From positions 1-61,872 of the IMG/VR virus record IMGVR_UViG_3300027759_000095: a stretch of DNA of 61,872 nt; one strand, given 5' to 3'. The translations under genes and the position numbers were made by a program. Below the pieces are notes generated by a model. That model was not told the origin of the DNA and searched no databases. It saw nothing but the letters and a program-made list of their open reading frames with translations. The DNA comes from a virus (lineage: Duplodnaviria > Caudoviricetes). This document shows positions 1-9,215 of this stretch, one piece after another. Each line of letters opens with the position of its first letter. The stretch's first letter is position 1.

Positions 1-135
1 TTGGTATACCCCCTTTTGCTGGAGCGCCTTTTGGCGCTACTGGCGATACCGCCATAGTCCCAACTCTGGGTACGTGGGGATACGGCACTTGGGGTTCTGA
101 CCCTTGGGGCGGCTCTACTGGAACTGTAGTTGCCT
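1..135. repeat. Terminal direct repeat, left copy (circular overlap)
   Basis: 1-135 equals 61738-61872 except position 9 (C) versus 61746 (A). Confidence 0.95.
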
Positions 136-908
136 TAACAGGGGTAGAGGCATCTGGTTTAGTTGGCGCATTAATCTCAAGCACCGATCAAGCCGAGGAT
201 GGGGATGTTGCAACAGGTAGTGTAGGAACTGTCGGGGTCAGTGTTAGTAAAGCTATCACTGGAGTTTCTGCGGCTGGTGCGGTTGGTACAGTCTCTGATA
301 AGGGGATTAGTATTGGCATCACGGGAGTTGCTGCGGATGGTGCGGCAGGGACTCTTACTAGCAGCCGGACAGTTGACCTTACAGGCACTACTGCAAGCGG
401 TTTACTCGGCGCGTTTGCTTTAAGTAATACTAACGCCGTAACAGGTGTTTTTGCGGATGGCGCGGTTGGTACGGTTTCTGACAAAGGAATTAGTATTGGC
501 ATTACCGGGAATGCCGCAACTGGAGCGACTGGAACTGTAACTCAGAGCGTACAGGTTGCACTTTCAGGCGTTCAGGCGGCAGGAGAAGTTGGGTATTTGT
601 CTGTACCACTTAGACCGCTTACTGCGGAAGGTAATGTAGGTTCTGTTGAATTTGGGTTTGGTTTTGATCTGACCAGTACGGCAGCGCAAGCCTCTGTTGG
701 CAGCGTGAGTTTAGGCAACAGGACATTGGCCCTAACCGGCGTTTCTGCGGCTGGCTCTGTTGGAACATTAATTCCTGTGTATTGGAGCCTGATTGATAAC
801 AGCGAAACCGCAAACTGGATTGATATTAATAGCACACAAACACCCGGCTGGTCTACAATTGAAGATAGTCAGACCGCAGGATGGGTGTTGATTAACAGCG
901 CAACATAG
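3..908 (+). CDS. 3' part of join-spanning G/T/V/A-rich repetitive tail structural protein
   Basis: Frame 3 is open from 3 to TAG at 908; TGVxAxGxVG repeats; the ORF track reports only 597-908. Confidence 0.8.
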   Translation, partial: GIPPFAGAPFGATGDTAIVPTLGTWGYGTWGSDPWGGSTGTVVALTGVEASGLVGALISSTDQAEDGDVATGSVGTVGVSVSKAITGVSAAGAVGTVSDKGISIGITGVAADGAAGTLTSSRTVDLTGTTASGLLGAFALSNTNAVTGVFADGAVGTVSDKGISIGITGNAATGATGTVTQSVQVALSGVQAAGEVGYLSVPLRPLTAEGNVGSVEFGFGFDLTSTAAQASVGSVSLGNRTLALTGVSAAGSVGTLIPVYWSLIDNSETANWIDINSTQTPGWSTIEDSQTAGWVLINSAT

Positions 909-916
909 AGGTTTAA

Positions 917-1261
917 ATGGCACTTGTCTTAGCTGATCGGGTTCAAGAGACTACCGCAACGACGGGTACAGGCACTGTTACGCTTGCCGGAGCAACAACG
1001 GGCTATCAGACTTTTGCTGCCGTTGGGGATGGCAACTCCACCTACTACACCATTGCGGGAGGTACAGAGTGGGAGGTTGGCATTGGGACGTATACAGCGT
1101 CCGGCACAACGTTATCCCGAACCACCGTAATTTCTTCTAGTAATGCGGGGTCGTTAGTAAATTTCTCCGCAGGCACAAAGAATGTATTTGTAACCTACCC
1201 ATCCGCAAGAGCAGTTCCTTTTAACCGGGCGATTGTTATGTCGCTTGTTTTTGGATATTAA
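917..1261 (+). CDS. Tail fibre proximal/attachment protein
   Basis: MALVLADRVQETTATTGTG...WEVGIGTY...LSRTTV N-terminus typical of phage fibre anchors; RBS GAGG. Confidence 0.7.
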   Translation: MALVLADRVQETTATTGTGTVTLAGATTGYQTFAAVGDGNSTYYTIAGGTEWEVGIGTYTASGTTLSRTTVISSSNAGSLVNFSAGTKNVFVTYPSARAVPFNRAIVMSLVFGY

Positions 1262-1263
1262 TT

Positions 1264-1635
1264 ATGGCAAACCCCAATCTTATTAACACAAGCTCTATTT
1301 ACGGAAGTACAAACTATCTAATCCCTAGCACAACATCTGCTACGGTTTGGACTGCACTTACGCCTGCTGCTGGCACGGTCAATAAAGTTAACAACATTGT
1401 TGCGTCAAATGTAACGGCTGCCGTCGCTACAGTAACCGTTGCAATTAACAGCGCAGCGGCTGGTGCTGGTACAAACTACCGCCTAATCTATCAAGTTCCT
1501 GTTCCAGTAAACGCTTCTATCGTGATCGTGGACAAAAGCACGGCGTTCTATTTGGGTGAAGCGCAGTCTATTGTGGTGACTGTTGGAACTGCAAGCGCGA
1601 TTGAGTTAACGTCATCGTTTGAAGCAATTACTTAA
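1264..1635 (+). CDS. Tail fibre-associated structural protein
   Basis: Beta-rich 123-aa ORF translationally coupled within the fibre cluster. Confidence 0.65.
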   Translation: MANPNLINTSSIYGSTNYLIPSTTSATVWTALTPAAGTVNKVNNIVASNVTAAVATVTVAINSAAAGAGTNYRLIYQVPVPVNASIVIVDKSTAFYLGEAQSIVVTVGTASAIELTSSFEAIT

Positions 1636-2798
1636 TGTCTACGCAATACAAGGGGTCTGTTCTTTCATCGACAGAACAGCCTACATCAACTTCTAGCGCC
1701 AGTGGAATCTGGACTACTAGTGATGTAATGCAGGCGCAAAAAGCGTCTGCATGGGTTACTTCAAGTTTTCCAATTGAATTTTTGTTAATTGCTGGCGGTG
1801 GTTCTGGAGGCTATCAATATAGTGGCGGCGGCGGTGCTGGAGGTGTGGTTTCATCTACATCGTTAACTATTGCCCCTGCTACAAATTACACAGTAACAAT
1901 TGGGGCCGGTGGAACATCAGCATCATCTAATACAACTGCTGCAAATGGAAACGGCAACAATTCTGTATTTTCAGCATCAGGCTCCAGCCCCGCAATAGCT
2001 GGCGGCGGTGGGGGTATTGATCTTAGTAAAGCTGGTGCAAATGGCGGCTCTGGCGGCGGTGCTGCTTATTTAAGCGGATTTGCTGGTGGAACTGGAACAG
2101 CAGGCCAAGGTAGGAATGGTGGCGCTGGAGATTCAAACAGCAACTTTGGCGGTGGTGGTGGTGGTCAAGGCGGTGTTGGTGCAGGCGGCACAAGCTCTAC
2201 GGGTATTGGTGGCGTAGGGCTGTTAAGCACTATTACCACAGCGTTTGCTGGGACTGCGAACACAAGCACCAGCACAAGCATAAATATCACTGCCGTTTCT
2301 GCTGGTGTTATAGGTATCGGAACGCAAATAACGGGATCAGGTGTTCCTTCAGGCACTGTAGTTGTTGCTTTGGGTACAGGTACAGGCGGCACTGGTACTT
2401 ACACCATGAACAAGGCCACCACTACTACTTTAACTGGAACCGCAATCACAAGTACGGGTGTTTATTACGCTGGCGGAGGTGGTGGTTGGACTCGAAACAC
2501 AGGTACAACCGTTGGCGGTTTAGGTGGTGGAGGTGGTGGAGTAACTGGCACTAACACAAGTGCAGGCGGCGTTAACCAAGGTGGCGGTGGTGGTGGCGGT
2601 GGCGCACTTGCAGTAGGCGGCACTGGTGGCTCTGGGATATTAGTTATTGCCTACCCCAACACATACGCTAATCTTTCTTCTGTAGCCGCAGGGCTGACTT
2701 GTAACGGCAGCGCAGGCAATACCACGCCAAACACAACGTATCGCACGGGTTACAAGGTTTACAGATTCACTGCCGGTACTGGCGCTATTTCTTGGTAA
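1635..2798 (+). CDS. Glycine-rich tail fibre/adhesin protein 1
   Basis: IEFLLIAGGGSGG...GGGGAGG, YYAGGGGG and GGSGILVIAY glycine-rich-domain motifs. Confidence 0.75.
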   Translation: MSTQYKGSVLSSTEQPTSTSSASGIWTTSDVMQAQKASAWVTSSFPIEFLLIAGGGSGGYQYSGGGGAGGVVSSTSLTIAPATNYTVTIGAGGTSASSNTTAANGNGNNSVFSASGSSPAIAGGGGGIDLSKAGANGGSGGGAAYLSGFAGGTGTAGQGRNGGAGDSNSNFGGGGGGQGGVGAGGTSSTGIGGVGLLSTITTAFAGTANTSTSTSINITAVSAGVIGIGTQITGSGVPSGTVVVALGTGTGGTGTYTMNKATTTTLTGTAITSTGVYYAGGGGGWTRNTGTTVGGLGGGGGGVTGTNTSAGGVNQGGGGGGGGALAVGGTGGSGILVIAYPNTYANLSSVAAGLTCNGSAGNTTPNTTYRTGYKVYRFTAGTGAISW

Positions 2799-2804
2799 AC
2801 AAAA

Positions 2805-3788
2805 ATGGCTACTAGATACCGAGGCTCCATTCTTTCGTCCACGGCGCAACCGACATCAACGTCTAGCGCTAAAGGAGTTTGGAAAATTGCTACTGTTTTG
2901 CAAGCGTTAAAAGCAGGAACATGGCCCCTTTTAAGTTTTCCAATTGAGTATTTGGTTCTTGCTGGTGGCGGTGCTGGTACTTGCGGAAACTCAGGAAATA
3001 TTGGTAACGGTGGTGGCGGCGCAGGCGGTATATTAAACTCCACTGAAAATTTAAGTCCGGGCACAGCCTATACATTTACGGTTGGCGCAGGAGCAACAGG
3101 AACAGCGGCTGGTTATGGTAATGTTGCTTCTAACGGTTCTAATTCAGTAATTTCTGGTACGGGGATTACTACGATAACTGCATTAGGTGGTGGTAGCGCA
3201 AAAGCCTATCAGCCAACAGCAGCAGCATCAAACTCTGGCGGTTGCGGTAGTGGGGGTACATACAACAATATTTCTCCGGGAACTGGAGCTGCTGGCCCAC
3301 CAAGGCAAGGCTATGACGGCGCTGCGGGTATAAATTCTGGAAATTACACTGGTGGTGGTGGTGGTGGCACAGGCGCTAATGGTGTTGCTGGCGCTTCTGG
3401 TGGCACTGGTGGTGCAGGCTCTTCTAAAACCATAATGGGGTCAGCAATAACGTATGGCGGTGGCGGAGGTGGTGGAGTTATAAGTGGCTCCCCCGGCGCT
3501 GGAGGTACTGGTGGTGGCGGTGCTGGCGGTCTTAATGTAGCTGGTGTAGCGGGAACAGCAAACCTTGGCGGTGGCGGGGGTGGTGCTGGTTACATTAATG
3601 CAACAGGAGCTAATGGCGGCTCTGGCGTAGTTATTATTGCTTATTTAAGCTCTTACCCTAATGCATCTGCTGCAAGTGCTGGCCTAACTATTAACGGCAG
3701 CGCGGGAAACATTACCCCTGATACCGCATCTAGGGCTGGATATAAGATATACAGAATTACTGCTGGCACTGGAACTATCACTTGGTAA
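2805..3788 (+). CDS. Glycine-rich tail fibre/adhesin protein 2 (paralogue of 1635-2798)
   Basis: Shares N-terminus (GSxLSSTxQPTSTSSAxGxW) and C-terminus (AGLTxNGSAGNxTP...GYKxYRxTAGTGxIxW) with the preceding gene. Confidence 0.75.
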   Translation: MATRYRGSILSSTAQPTSTSSAKGVWKIATVLQALKAGTWPLLSFPIEYLVLAGGGAGTCGNSGNIGNGGGGAGGILNSTENLSPGTAYTFTVGAGATGTAAGYGNVASNGSNSVISGTGITTITALGGGSAKAYQPTAAASNSGGCGSGGTYNNISPGTGAAGPPRQGYDGAAGINSGNYTGGGGGGTGANGVAGASGGTGGAGSSKTIMGSAITYGGGGGGGVISGSPGAGGTGGGGAGGLNVAGVAGTANLGGGGGGAGYINATGANGGSGVVIIAYLSSYPNASAASAGLTINGSAGNITPDTASRAGYKIYRITAGTGTITW

Positions 3789-3794
3789 ACAACT

Positions 3795-4154
3795 ATGGCA
3801 CACTTTGCAGAACTTGACGAAAACAACGTGGTTACGCAAGTAATTGTGGGCGTTGACGAGCCTTTGGATGGCGAGGCCATTTACGCACAAACAACTGGTA
3901 CGGTCTGGAAGAAGACCAGCTACAACACACAAGCTGGACAACATTTGCTAGGTGGTACGCCATTTCGCAAGAATTACGCAGGGATTGGGTACAGTTACGA
4001 TCCAGACAGGGATGCGTTTATCCCACCACAGCCATACCTAAGCTGGACACTTGACGAACAGACATGCCAATGGCATCCTCCGATACAATACCCTAGTGAT
4101 GACAAAAGTTACCAGTGGGATGAGCAAACTATTTCTTGGAAAGAAGTCCTATGA
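3795..4154 (+). CDS. Tail fibre-associated conserved protein (possible chaperone)
   Basis: MAHFAELDENNVVTQVIV...WKKTSYN...FRKNYAGIGYSYD...DAFIPPQP..SW family motif, usually downstream of Gly-rich fibres. Confidence 0.7.
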   Translation: MAHFAELDENNVVTQVIVGVDEPLDGEAIYAQTTGTVWKKTSYNTQAGQHLLGGTPFRKNYAGIGYSYDPDRDAFIPPQPYLSWTLDEQTCQWHPPIQYPSDDKSYQWDEQTISWKEVL

Positions 4155-5065
4155 CAGTCAATTACACAACTAATCTTGCCCTCGGGCAACCCGTCACCGG
4201 CACTGAGTCTGGTACATGGGGCGATGATGTAAACAACAGCATTACAGCCTACCTTGACATTGCCATTGCGGGTGGTCTGTCGATTGCCATTACTACGGCT
4301 GACGTTACCTTAGCCAATACGCAGGGTACAAGTTCAGCAACCAACATCGGCTCAACCACTGCACAATACGCCATCCTCAATATTACCGGTGCTAAAACAG
4401 CCGCCCGTAATTTAAATGTACCTGCATCTAGTAGGCATTACATCATTAACAACAGCGCCGCTACAGGCGGATTCTTACTAACAGTGCGCGGCGTAACTCC
4501 AACAACCGGAATTACCTTGGTTGACGGTGAAAAAGCAATTGTTGCTTGGAATGGAACCGACTACGTAAAAGTTGTTTCAACTGCTTTATCTAATTCAACT
4601 GGAGTTGGAACAGGAGTTGTCACTGCGCTTGGTGTAAATGTAGGCACAGCAGGATCGGTTGTTGTTAATGGCGGTGCGCTGGGTACTCCATCTTCAGGAA
4701 CTTTGAGTAGCTGCACAACAGATGGCACAAACGGAGTGGGCTACATAAATGTCCCACAAAATGCGCAAACCGGCAGCTACACGCTGGTGGCGGGAGATGC
4801 AGGCAAACACATCTATCATGCTGCCGCTGCGGCGGTGGCTACTTACACAATCCCGGCTAATGCTTCTGTTGCTTACGCAATTGGCACTGCTGTGACATTC
4901 ATCAACATGTCTACCAATGCAGTTACTATTGCCATCACAACAGACACGCTTTATCTAGGCGGCACAGGTACAACCGGTAGCCGCACCTTGGCGCAATATG
5001 GTGTCGCAACTTGTGTCAAGATGACCAGCACGACTTGGGTTATCACAGGTTCTGGGCTGACATAA
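4151..5065 (+). CDS. Tail fibre protein
   Basis: GTESGTWGDDVN N-terminal motif; C-terminal PQNAQTGSYTLVAGDAGKH...SRTLAQYGVAT...W fibre-tip domain; ATG 4151 overlaps the previous stop. Confidence 0.75.
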   Translation: MTVNYTTNLALGQPVTGTESGTWGDDVNNSITAYLDIAIAGGLSIAITTADVTLANTQGTSSATNIGSTTAQYAILNITGAKTAARNLNVPASSRHYIINNSAATGGFLLTVRGVTPTTGITLVDGEKAIVAWNGTDYVKVVSTALSNSTGVGTGVVTALGVNVGTAGSVVVNGGALGTPSSGTLSSCTTDGTNGVGYINVPQNAQTGSYTLVAGDAGKHIYHAAAAAVATYTIPANASVAYAIGTAVTFINMSTNAVTIAITTDTLYLGGTGTTGSRTLAQYGVATCVKMTSTTWVITGSGLT

Positions 5066-5066
5066 C

Positions 5067-5846
5067 ATGGGCGCACCGCAACAATTACTCGTAGGCGCTG
5101 GCGGCGGCAGGCTTACCGCTACGGTAACTATTAGCGCCAGTACTCAAAACTACCTTGCAAACACGGCAAAAGTTTCTGGGTATGCCGCTGGCACTACAGA
5201 TGTTACGTTTGTAATTAATTCTGCTGTTGTAGTTGGTTCCGCTTCGACAGGCTCCTATGCGTTTACAGTTGATACCTCTTGGGCTGCTGGTGATACCGTA
5301 ACGGTAACCAACGCAGGCACAGTTATTGGTAGAGGTGGGGCTGGCGGAACTGGTTCAAATGGCCCCTCGCCGGGAGGTTCTGCTGGTAGTTCTGGTGGCC
5401 CAGCGGTATCAGTTTTAAGGACTACTACGTGGACTAATACAGGAACTTGCGGAGGCGGCGGAGGTGGTGGAGGTGGCGGCGGTTCATCAATTAGTAAACC
5501 TGATACTTATGGCGGAGGCGGAGGCGGCGGTGGTAGAGGGAATACTGGAGGAAGTGGCGGCAGTGGGGGTTCCGGCCCCGGCGTTATTACTGGTAATTCA
5601 GGCAATTCTGGAACAACTGCGGGGGGCGGAACTGGAGGTTATGGTGGAACTCCAGCGTCAACTTATTATGGCGGTACGGGTGGTGGCCTAGGTTCTGCTG
5701 GAAGTGCTGGAGCTACTACGCCTAATGGCGGTGCGGGGTCTCCGGGCGGCTCAGGAGGCGCTGCGGGCGCTTGTTTATCTGGTAAATCTTTTGTTAACGG
5801 TGGCGCGGGTATTACTGGCGGCACAACTGGTGGAGGTCAAACTTAA
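5067..5846 (+). CDS. Polyglycine receptor-binding adhesin (T-even gp38-like)
   Basis: NAGTVIGRGGAGG...GGPA...GGGGGGGGGGG pattern resembles the gp38 polyglycine sandwich; directly follows a fibre gene. Confidence 0.6.
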   Translation: MGAPQQLLVGAGGGRLTATVTISASTQNYLANTAKVSGYAAGTTDVTFVINSAVVVGSASTGSYAFTVDTSWAAGDTVTVTNAGTVIGRGGAGGTGSNGPSPGGSAGSSGGPAVSVLRTTTWTNTGTCGGGGGGGGGGGSSISKPDTYGGGGGGGGRGNTGGSGGSGGSGPGVITGNSGNSGTTAGGGTGGYGGTPASTYYGGTGGGLGSAGSAGATTPNGGAGSPGGSGGAAGACLSGKSFVNGGAGITGGTTGGGQT

Positions 5847-6145
5847 TGGACTATCGTATTATTGCTGCCGATGCAGCTATCGGACAAATTCAAGTAACGT
5901 ACAGTAACGCTGGTGAAGACATTGCTACCTATGCAATTGACGTACCTGTAGTTGATGGCGCGTTCCTAACTGGCGATGCGCTTGCAGAAGAAATTCAACG
6001 CCGCGCACCTGTATGGCTTTTGGAGCGCAAAACAGAAGTTGCTGCGGCTACTGGGTTTGACCAAATAAATGCATTAGTGCAAGCCCCGCCAACCGCTCCA
6101 ACAAGCACAAGTCAAGGGTTTGTCCTTGGTCAGATCACCGTATGA
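5846..6145 (+). CDS. Hypothetical protein (possible fibre assembly chaperone)
   Basis: Coupled ORF, 99 aa. Confidence 0.6.
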   Translation: MDYRIIAADAAIGQIQVTYSNAGEDIATYAIDVPVVDGAFLTGDALAEEIQRRAPVWLLERKTEVAAATGFDQINALVQAPPTAPTSTSQGFVLGQITV

Positions 6146-6660
6146 TAGCAACCAAATACACTGTTTTTGGATGGAATATCCATCAACAGATTCTTGCCGA
6201 TGGGGAAGAAATTAAAAGTATTTGGCGCGATGACACGCCTGTTGAGCTATCTTCTAACTGGTTTTTTTGGATCAGGGGAGCTAGAACAGTAGTCAGTTAC
6301 CCAGAAGGCTTTGATGATCCGTTCTTTATTGAACAACGCGGTCATTTTTGCAACAAGACTGTATTTACTGGTCACACATATAAGCGTGGCACTTATGTGT
6401 ACAAGGCTGTTGGCGAAACAGAACTGTGGTGTTTTGACTACCTGCTAAACAACAACAGCGCCCCGGATATGCAGTTGCTTTTTATTCCGGCTGGTCAAAA
6501 CTACGAGGCTACCGCCGGTCAGTTATTGTTTGTTGTATCTGGTGATACATCTGTAGGCGGCGCTCCACTGCCGGTGGGAGTCATATCGCAAAGCAAGACC
6601 ATCAATGCAAACACAGATACCGCGCTAATATTGTTTTCTAGGAAAAACGATGCTGTATAA
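6142..6660 (+). CDS. Hypothetical protein
   Basis: ATGA overlap, 172 aa, aromatic and beta-rich. Confidence 0.65.
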   Translation: MIATKYTVFGWNIHQQILADGEEIKSIWRDDTPVELSSNWFFWIRGARTVVSYPEGFDDPFFIEQRGHFCNKTVFTGHTYKRGTYVYKAVGETELWCFDYLLNNNSAPDMQLLFIPAGQNYEATAGQLLFVVSGDTSVGGAPLPVGVISQSKTINANTDTALILFSRKNDAV

Positions 6661-7369
6661 GCTGTTTGACTTTGTTATGCAGAAGCTAGGGCGCAAGTAC
6701 GCCTTCGTAGATGTATTTGGTAATGTAGTGATGTACCGGTACTATGTGTTCTTCATGGAGAACAAGACGGCAAAAACATGGAAAGATAAATACTTGCCTA
6801 ATATGTTTGTGCATAACTTTGTTGGCGAGGATAGCGGGCAGTGGATCGACAACGAGAACTTTCACACGCACCCTTGGAACAGCCTGAGCATAGTCATCAA
6901 AGGTGGATATACGGAAGAAGAAGACTACAACGGTGTAACCAAGCAAATCACAGCACCAGCTATTGTTCCGCGAAGCTGGAAAACGAGCCATAGGTTTGTG
7001 CAGATGACCCCAGATACTTGGACGCTGTGGTTCCACGGCATCCGCAAAAAACAGGGAAAGTGGGCGTTTGATATACGCACCCATGAAGTCGTATGTCCGG
7101 CATGCGTTAAATACAACAACGGCGTGTGCATGAACCAGACAGGGCTACAAGAATTTATTGACCCAAAACCTACTTCTTCGGATACTCAAAAGTGGCGGCA
7201 ACCTGTGTGGATGAAATGCGATAGCGACCTTAACAATATTATTGCCGCAAGGAAGCAAGTTCTTACTAAAGCCAAGATAAAAACCCCAGATACTTTTAAT
7301 GAAAGGTACGAACTTACCAAAGAAGTTTTGGCTAAACAACGCGCCAGTCAAAAAGCTGAAATAGATTAA
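6650..7369 (+). CDS. Cupin-fold (metal-binding) protein
   Basis: HTHPW..SIVIKGGYTE...SHRF...WTLWFHG cupin-like motifs, plus CPAC..C. Confidence 0.55.
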   Translation: MLYKLFDFVMQKLGRKYAFVDVFGNVVMYRYYVFFMENKTAKTWKDKYLPNMFVHNFVGEDSGQWIDNENFHTHPWNSLSIVIKGGYTEEEDYNGVTKQITAPAIVPRSWKTSHRFVQMTPDTWTLWFHGIRKKQGKWAFDIRTHEVVCPACVKYNNGVCMNQTGLQEFIDPKPTSSDTQKWRQPVWMKCDSDLNNIIAARKQVLTKAKIKTPDTFNERYELTKEVLAKQRASQKAEID

Positions 7370-7387
7370 ACAGGAAATGACCTATGT

Positions 7388-7525
7388 ATGCGCTGGCTTG
7401 TACTTATATTGGGGCTTGTAATTCCACAGGCTCCAGTCAAATATATATGTGTGAAGTGGTATTGGACGGGCGACGTATTTGAACGTAAGGTTTATTGCTT
7501 AAAGTGGGAGAAGGTGGACAAGTGA
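7388..7525 (+). CDS. Small exported/membrane protein, 45 aa (not in ORF track)
   Basis: MRWLVLILGLVIPQAPVKYICVKWYWTGDVFERKVYCLKWEKVDK; hydrophobic N-terminus, two Cys; abuts the next ATG. Confidence 0.6.
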   Translation: MRWLVLILGLVIPQAPVKYICVKWYWTGDVFERKVYCLKWEKVDK

Positions 7526-8023
7526 ATGCTCGATCCGATTTCTATCACGGTGGCGATAGCTACGGCTCAGGCCGTAGTGAATCAGATCAAGAAAGCAGTT
7601 GCGCTAGGCAAGGATGTAAAGTCTTTGTATGGTCAGTTCAGCAGCTTTTACTCGGCGGCAGATCAGGTTCACGCAGCCTCCGTCAAGGCACGAGTAGCGA
7701 GTATTCAGAAAAGCGATTCTCAAATAAATGCAGAAGCCTTGAAGATAGCGTTAGCGTCTAAGGCACTAAGAGATGATGAGCGGTACATAAAAGACTTGCT
7801 GTTTATGACCGGCAATGCGCCAGTCTGGGAAGAAATGATGGCAGAGCGAGTGCGTATGCACAAGGAACGCTCTGATATGGAAAGGGTAATGGCAGAGCAA
7901 AAGCAAAAGGACAAAGAAGCTGCGGGTGCGGCCTTGATGAACTTCTTGTTGTTTATTGCAGCCATTGCGATGATTGTGCCTATTGGGGGCTTGGCTTGGG
8001 AATTCTTGATTAAGAGGGGTTGA
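7526..8023 (+). CDS. Coiled-coil membrane protein in lysis region
   Basis: MLDPISI N-terminus, coiled coil, C-terminal TM helix. Confidence 0.65.
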   Translation: MLDPISITVAIATAQAVVNQIKKAVALGKDVKSLYGQFSSFYSAADQVHAASVKARVASIQKSDSQINAEALKIALASKALRDDERYIKDLLFMTGNAPVWEEMMAERVRMHKERSDMERVMAEQKQKDKEAAGAALMNFLLFIAAIAMIVPIGGLAWEFLIKRG

Positions 8024-8024
8024 T

Positions 8025-8276
8025 GTGAACAGCACCATTAAGACAAAACTTACGTTTGCCGTGACCCTTATGGTCAGTTTCACCCTGTGCGTGGTCATCA
8101 TTGGTATGGTGGCGGTGCTGATGGCGGGATTGTTTGACCCGCTTGTGGACAATCAAGAAATCTTTAAACTCATATCCCCCGCATTCCAAACCATTGTCGG
8201 TGGCTTTATCGGCCTGCTGGCTGGTGTAAAACTTTCTCATGACGAGGGCGATGCTCCTCACTGCAAAAAGGACTGA
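8025..8276 (+). CDS. Putative holin (2 TM)
   Basis: Two hydrophobic segments and a charged C-tail, upstream of the endolysin. Confidence 0.5.
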   Translation: MNSTIKTKLTFAVTLMVSFTLCVVIIGMVAVLMAGLFDPLVDNQEIFKLISPAFQTIVGGFIGLLAGVKLSHDEGDAPHCKKD

Positions 8277-8277
8277 T

Positions 8278-8772
8278 ATGTTTGATTTACTTGGTGGCGG
8301 TATCCTTGGCTCCCTGCTTGGGGGTGTATTCCGTTTGGCTCCTGAAGTTCTCAAATGGATGGACAAAAAGAATGAGCGGGGACATGAGCTGTTAATGTTC
8401 AGCCAACAGTGCCAGTTGGAGCAGTTGCGCGGTCAGCAAAAGCTGGCTGAGATTGGAGCGCAGCGCGAGGCAACCGTAGACGCTGGGGTTATGGATGCGT
8501 TTAACAGCGCCGTTGAACAGCAGACAGAGATGGTCAAAGCTGCTGGTGGTTGGGCTGCAAGCCTGTCTGCCTCGGTACGTCCGGTAGCAACCTACTGGAT
8601 TTTGTTCCTGTGGAGCTTTGCCCATGTTTGGTTTGCTTGGACTGCATGGGCGGCTGGTGCGCCTCCAGAGGCAGTGTTTAAACTCATCATGTCAGCCGAC
8701 TTTGCGGCGTTAGTGTCTGGCACGCTAAATTACTGGTTCCTCGATAGAACTTTGGCGAAACGTGGGCTATGA
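8278..8772 (+). CDS. Putative 3-TM holin-family membrane protein
   Basis: SASVRPVATY...YWFLDRTLAKR motif; overlaps the endolysin start. Confidence 0.55.
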   Translation: MFDLLGGGILGSLLGGVFRLAPEVLKWMDKKNERGHELLMFSQQCQLEQLRGQQKLAEIGAQREATVDAGVMDAFNSAVEQQTEMVKAAGGWAASLSASVRPVATYWILFLWSFAHVWFAWTAWAAGAPPEAVFKLIMSADFAALVSGTLNYWFLDRTLAKRGL

Positions 8773-9212
8773 AGCTAGACATCGCCGCAGCACTGTGTAA
8801 ACAGTTTGAAGGGTTTAGGGGTAAACCCTACCTCTGCCCGGCGGGTGTTGCTACGATTGGTTACGGCAGCACTTATTACGCTGACGGGCGTAAAGTAACG
8901 TTGACAGATGCGCCCATGTCTGAGCCTGATGCAACCATGTTGCTGCTGCAAGAACTTCACCACACCTACTTACCGGCTGTATTGCGTCAATGCCCGGTCT
9001 TATTGACCGACGAGAAAAAGTGCAACGCCATCGTGGACTTCGCCTACAATTTAGGCACGGGACGTTTACAGACCAGCACTCTCAAGCGCAGGATAAATGC
9101 GCAGGATTGGGAAGGTGCAAAAGAGCAGCTTATGCTCTGGACAAAAGGTGGTGGACGAGTCTTGCCGGGGTTGGTTAAGCGCAGAACTGCGGAATGTCGA
9201 TTACTGGATTAA
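8769..9212 (+). CDS. Endolysin, GH24 phage lysozyme
   Basis: FEG...YLCPAGVATIGYGST...FAYNLG...GLVKRRTAE. Confidence 0.92.
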   Translation: MKLDIAAALCKQFEGFRGKPYLCPAGVATIGYGSTYYADGRKVTLTDAPMSEPDATMLLLQELHHTYLPAVLRQCPVLLTDEKKCNAIVDFAYNLGTGRLQTSTLKRRINAQDWEGAKEQLMLWTKGGGRVLPGLVKRRTAECRLLD

Positions 9213-9215
9213 CGT

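Noticed and set aside
1-135. Terminal repeat as a biological direct terminal repeat
   Set aside because: It falls mid-gene and its length is close to common assembler k-mer overlaps, so it is best explained as an assembly circularisation artefact
1635-3788. Diversity-generating retroelement (TR/VR pair) in the paralogous fibre C-termini
   Set aside because: No reverse transcriptase found, both copies are coding, and differences are not adenine-specific
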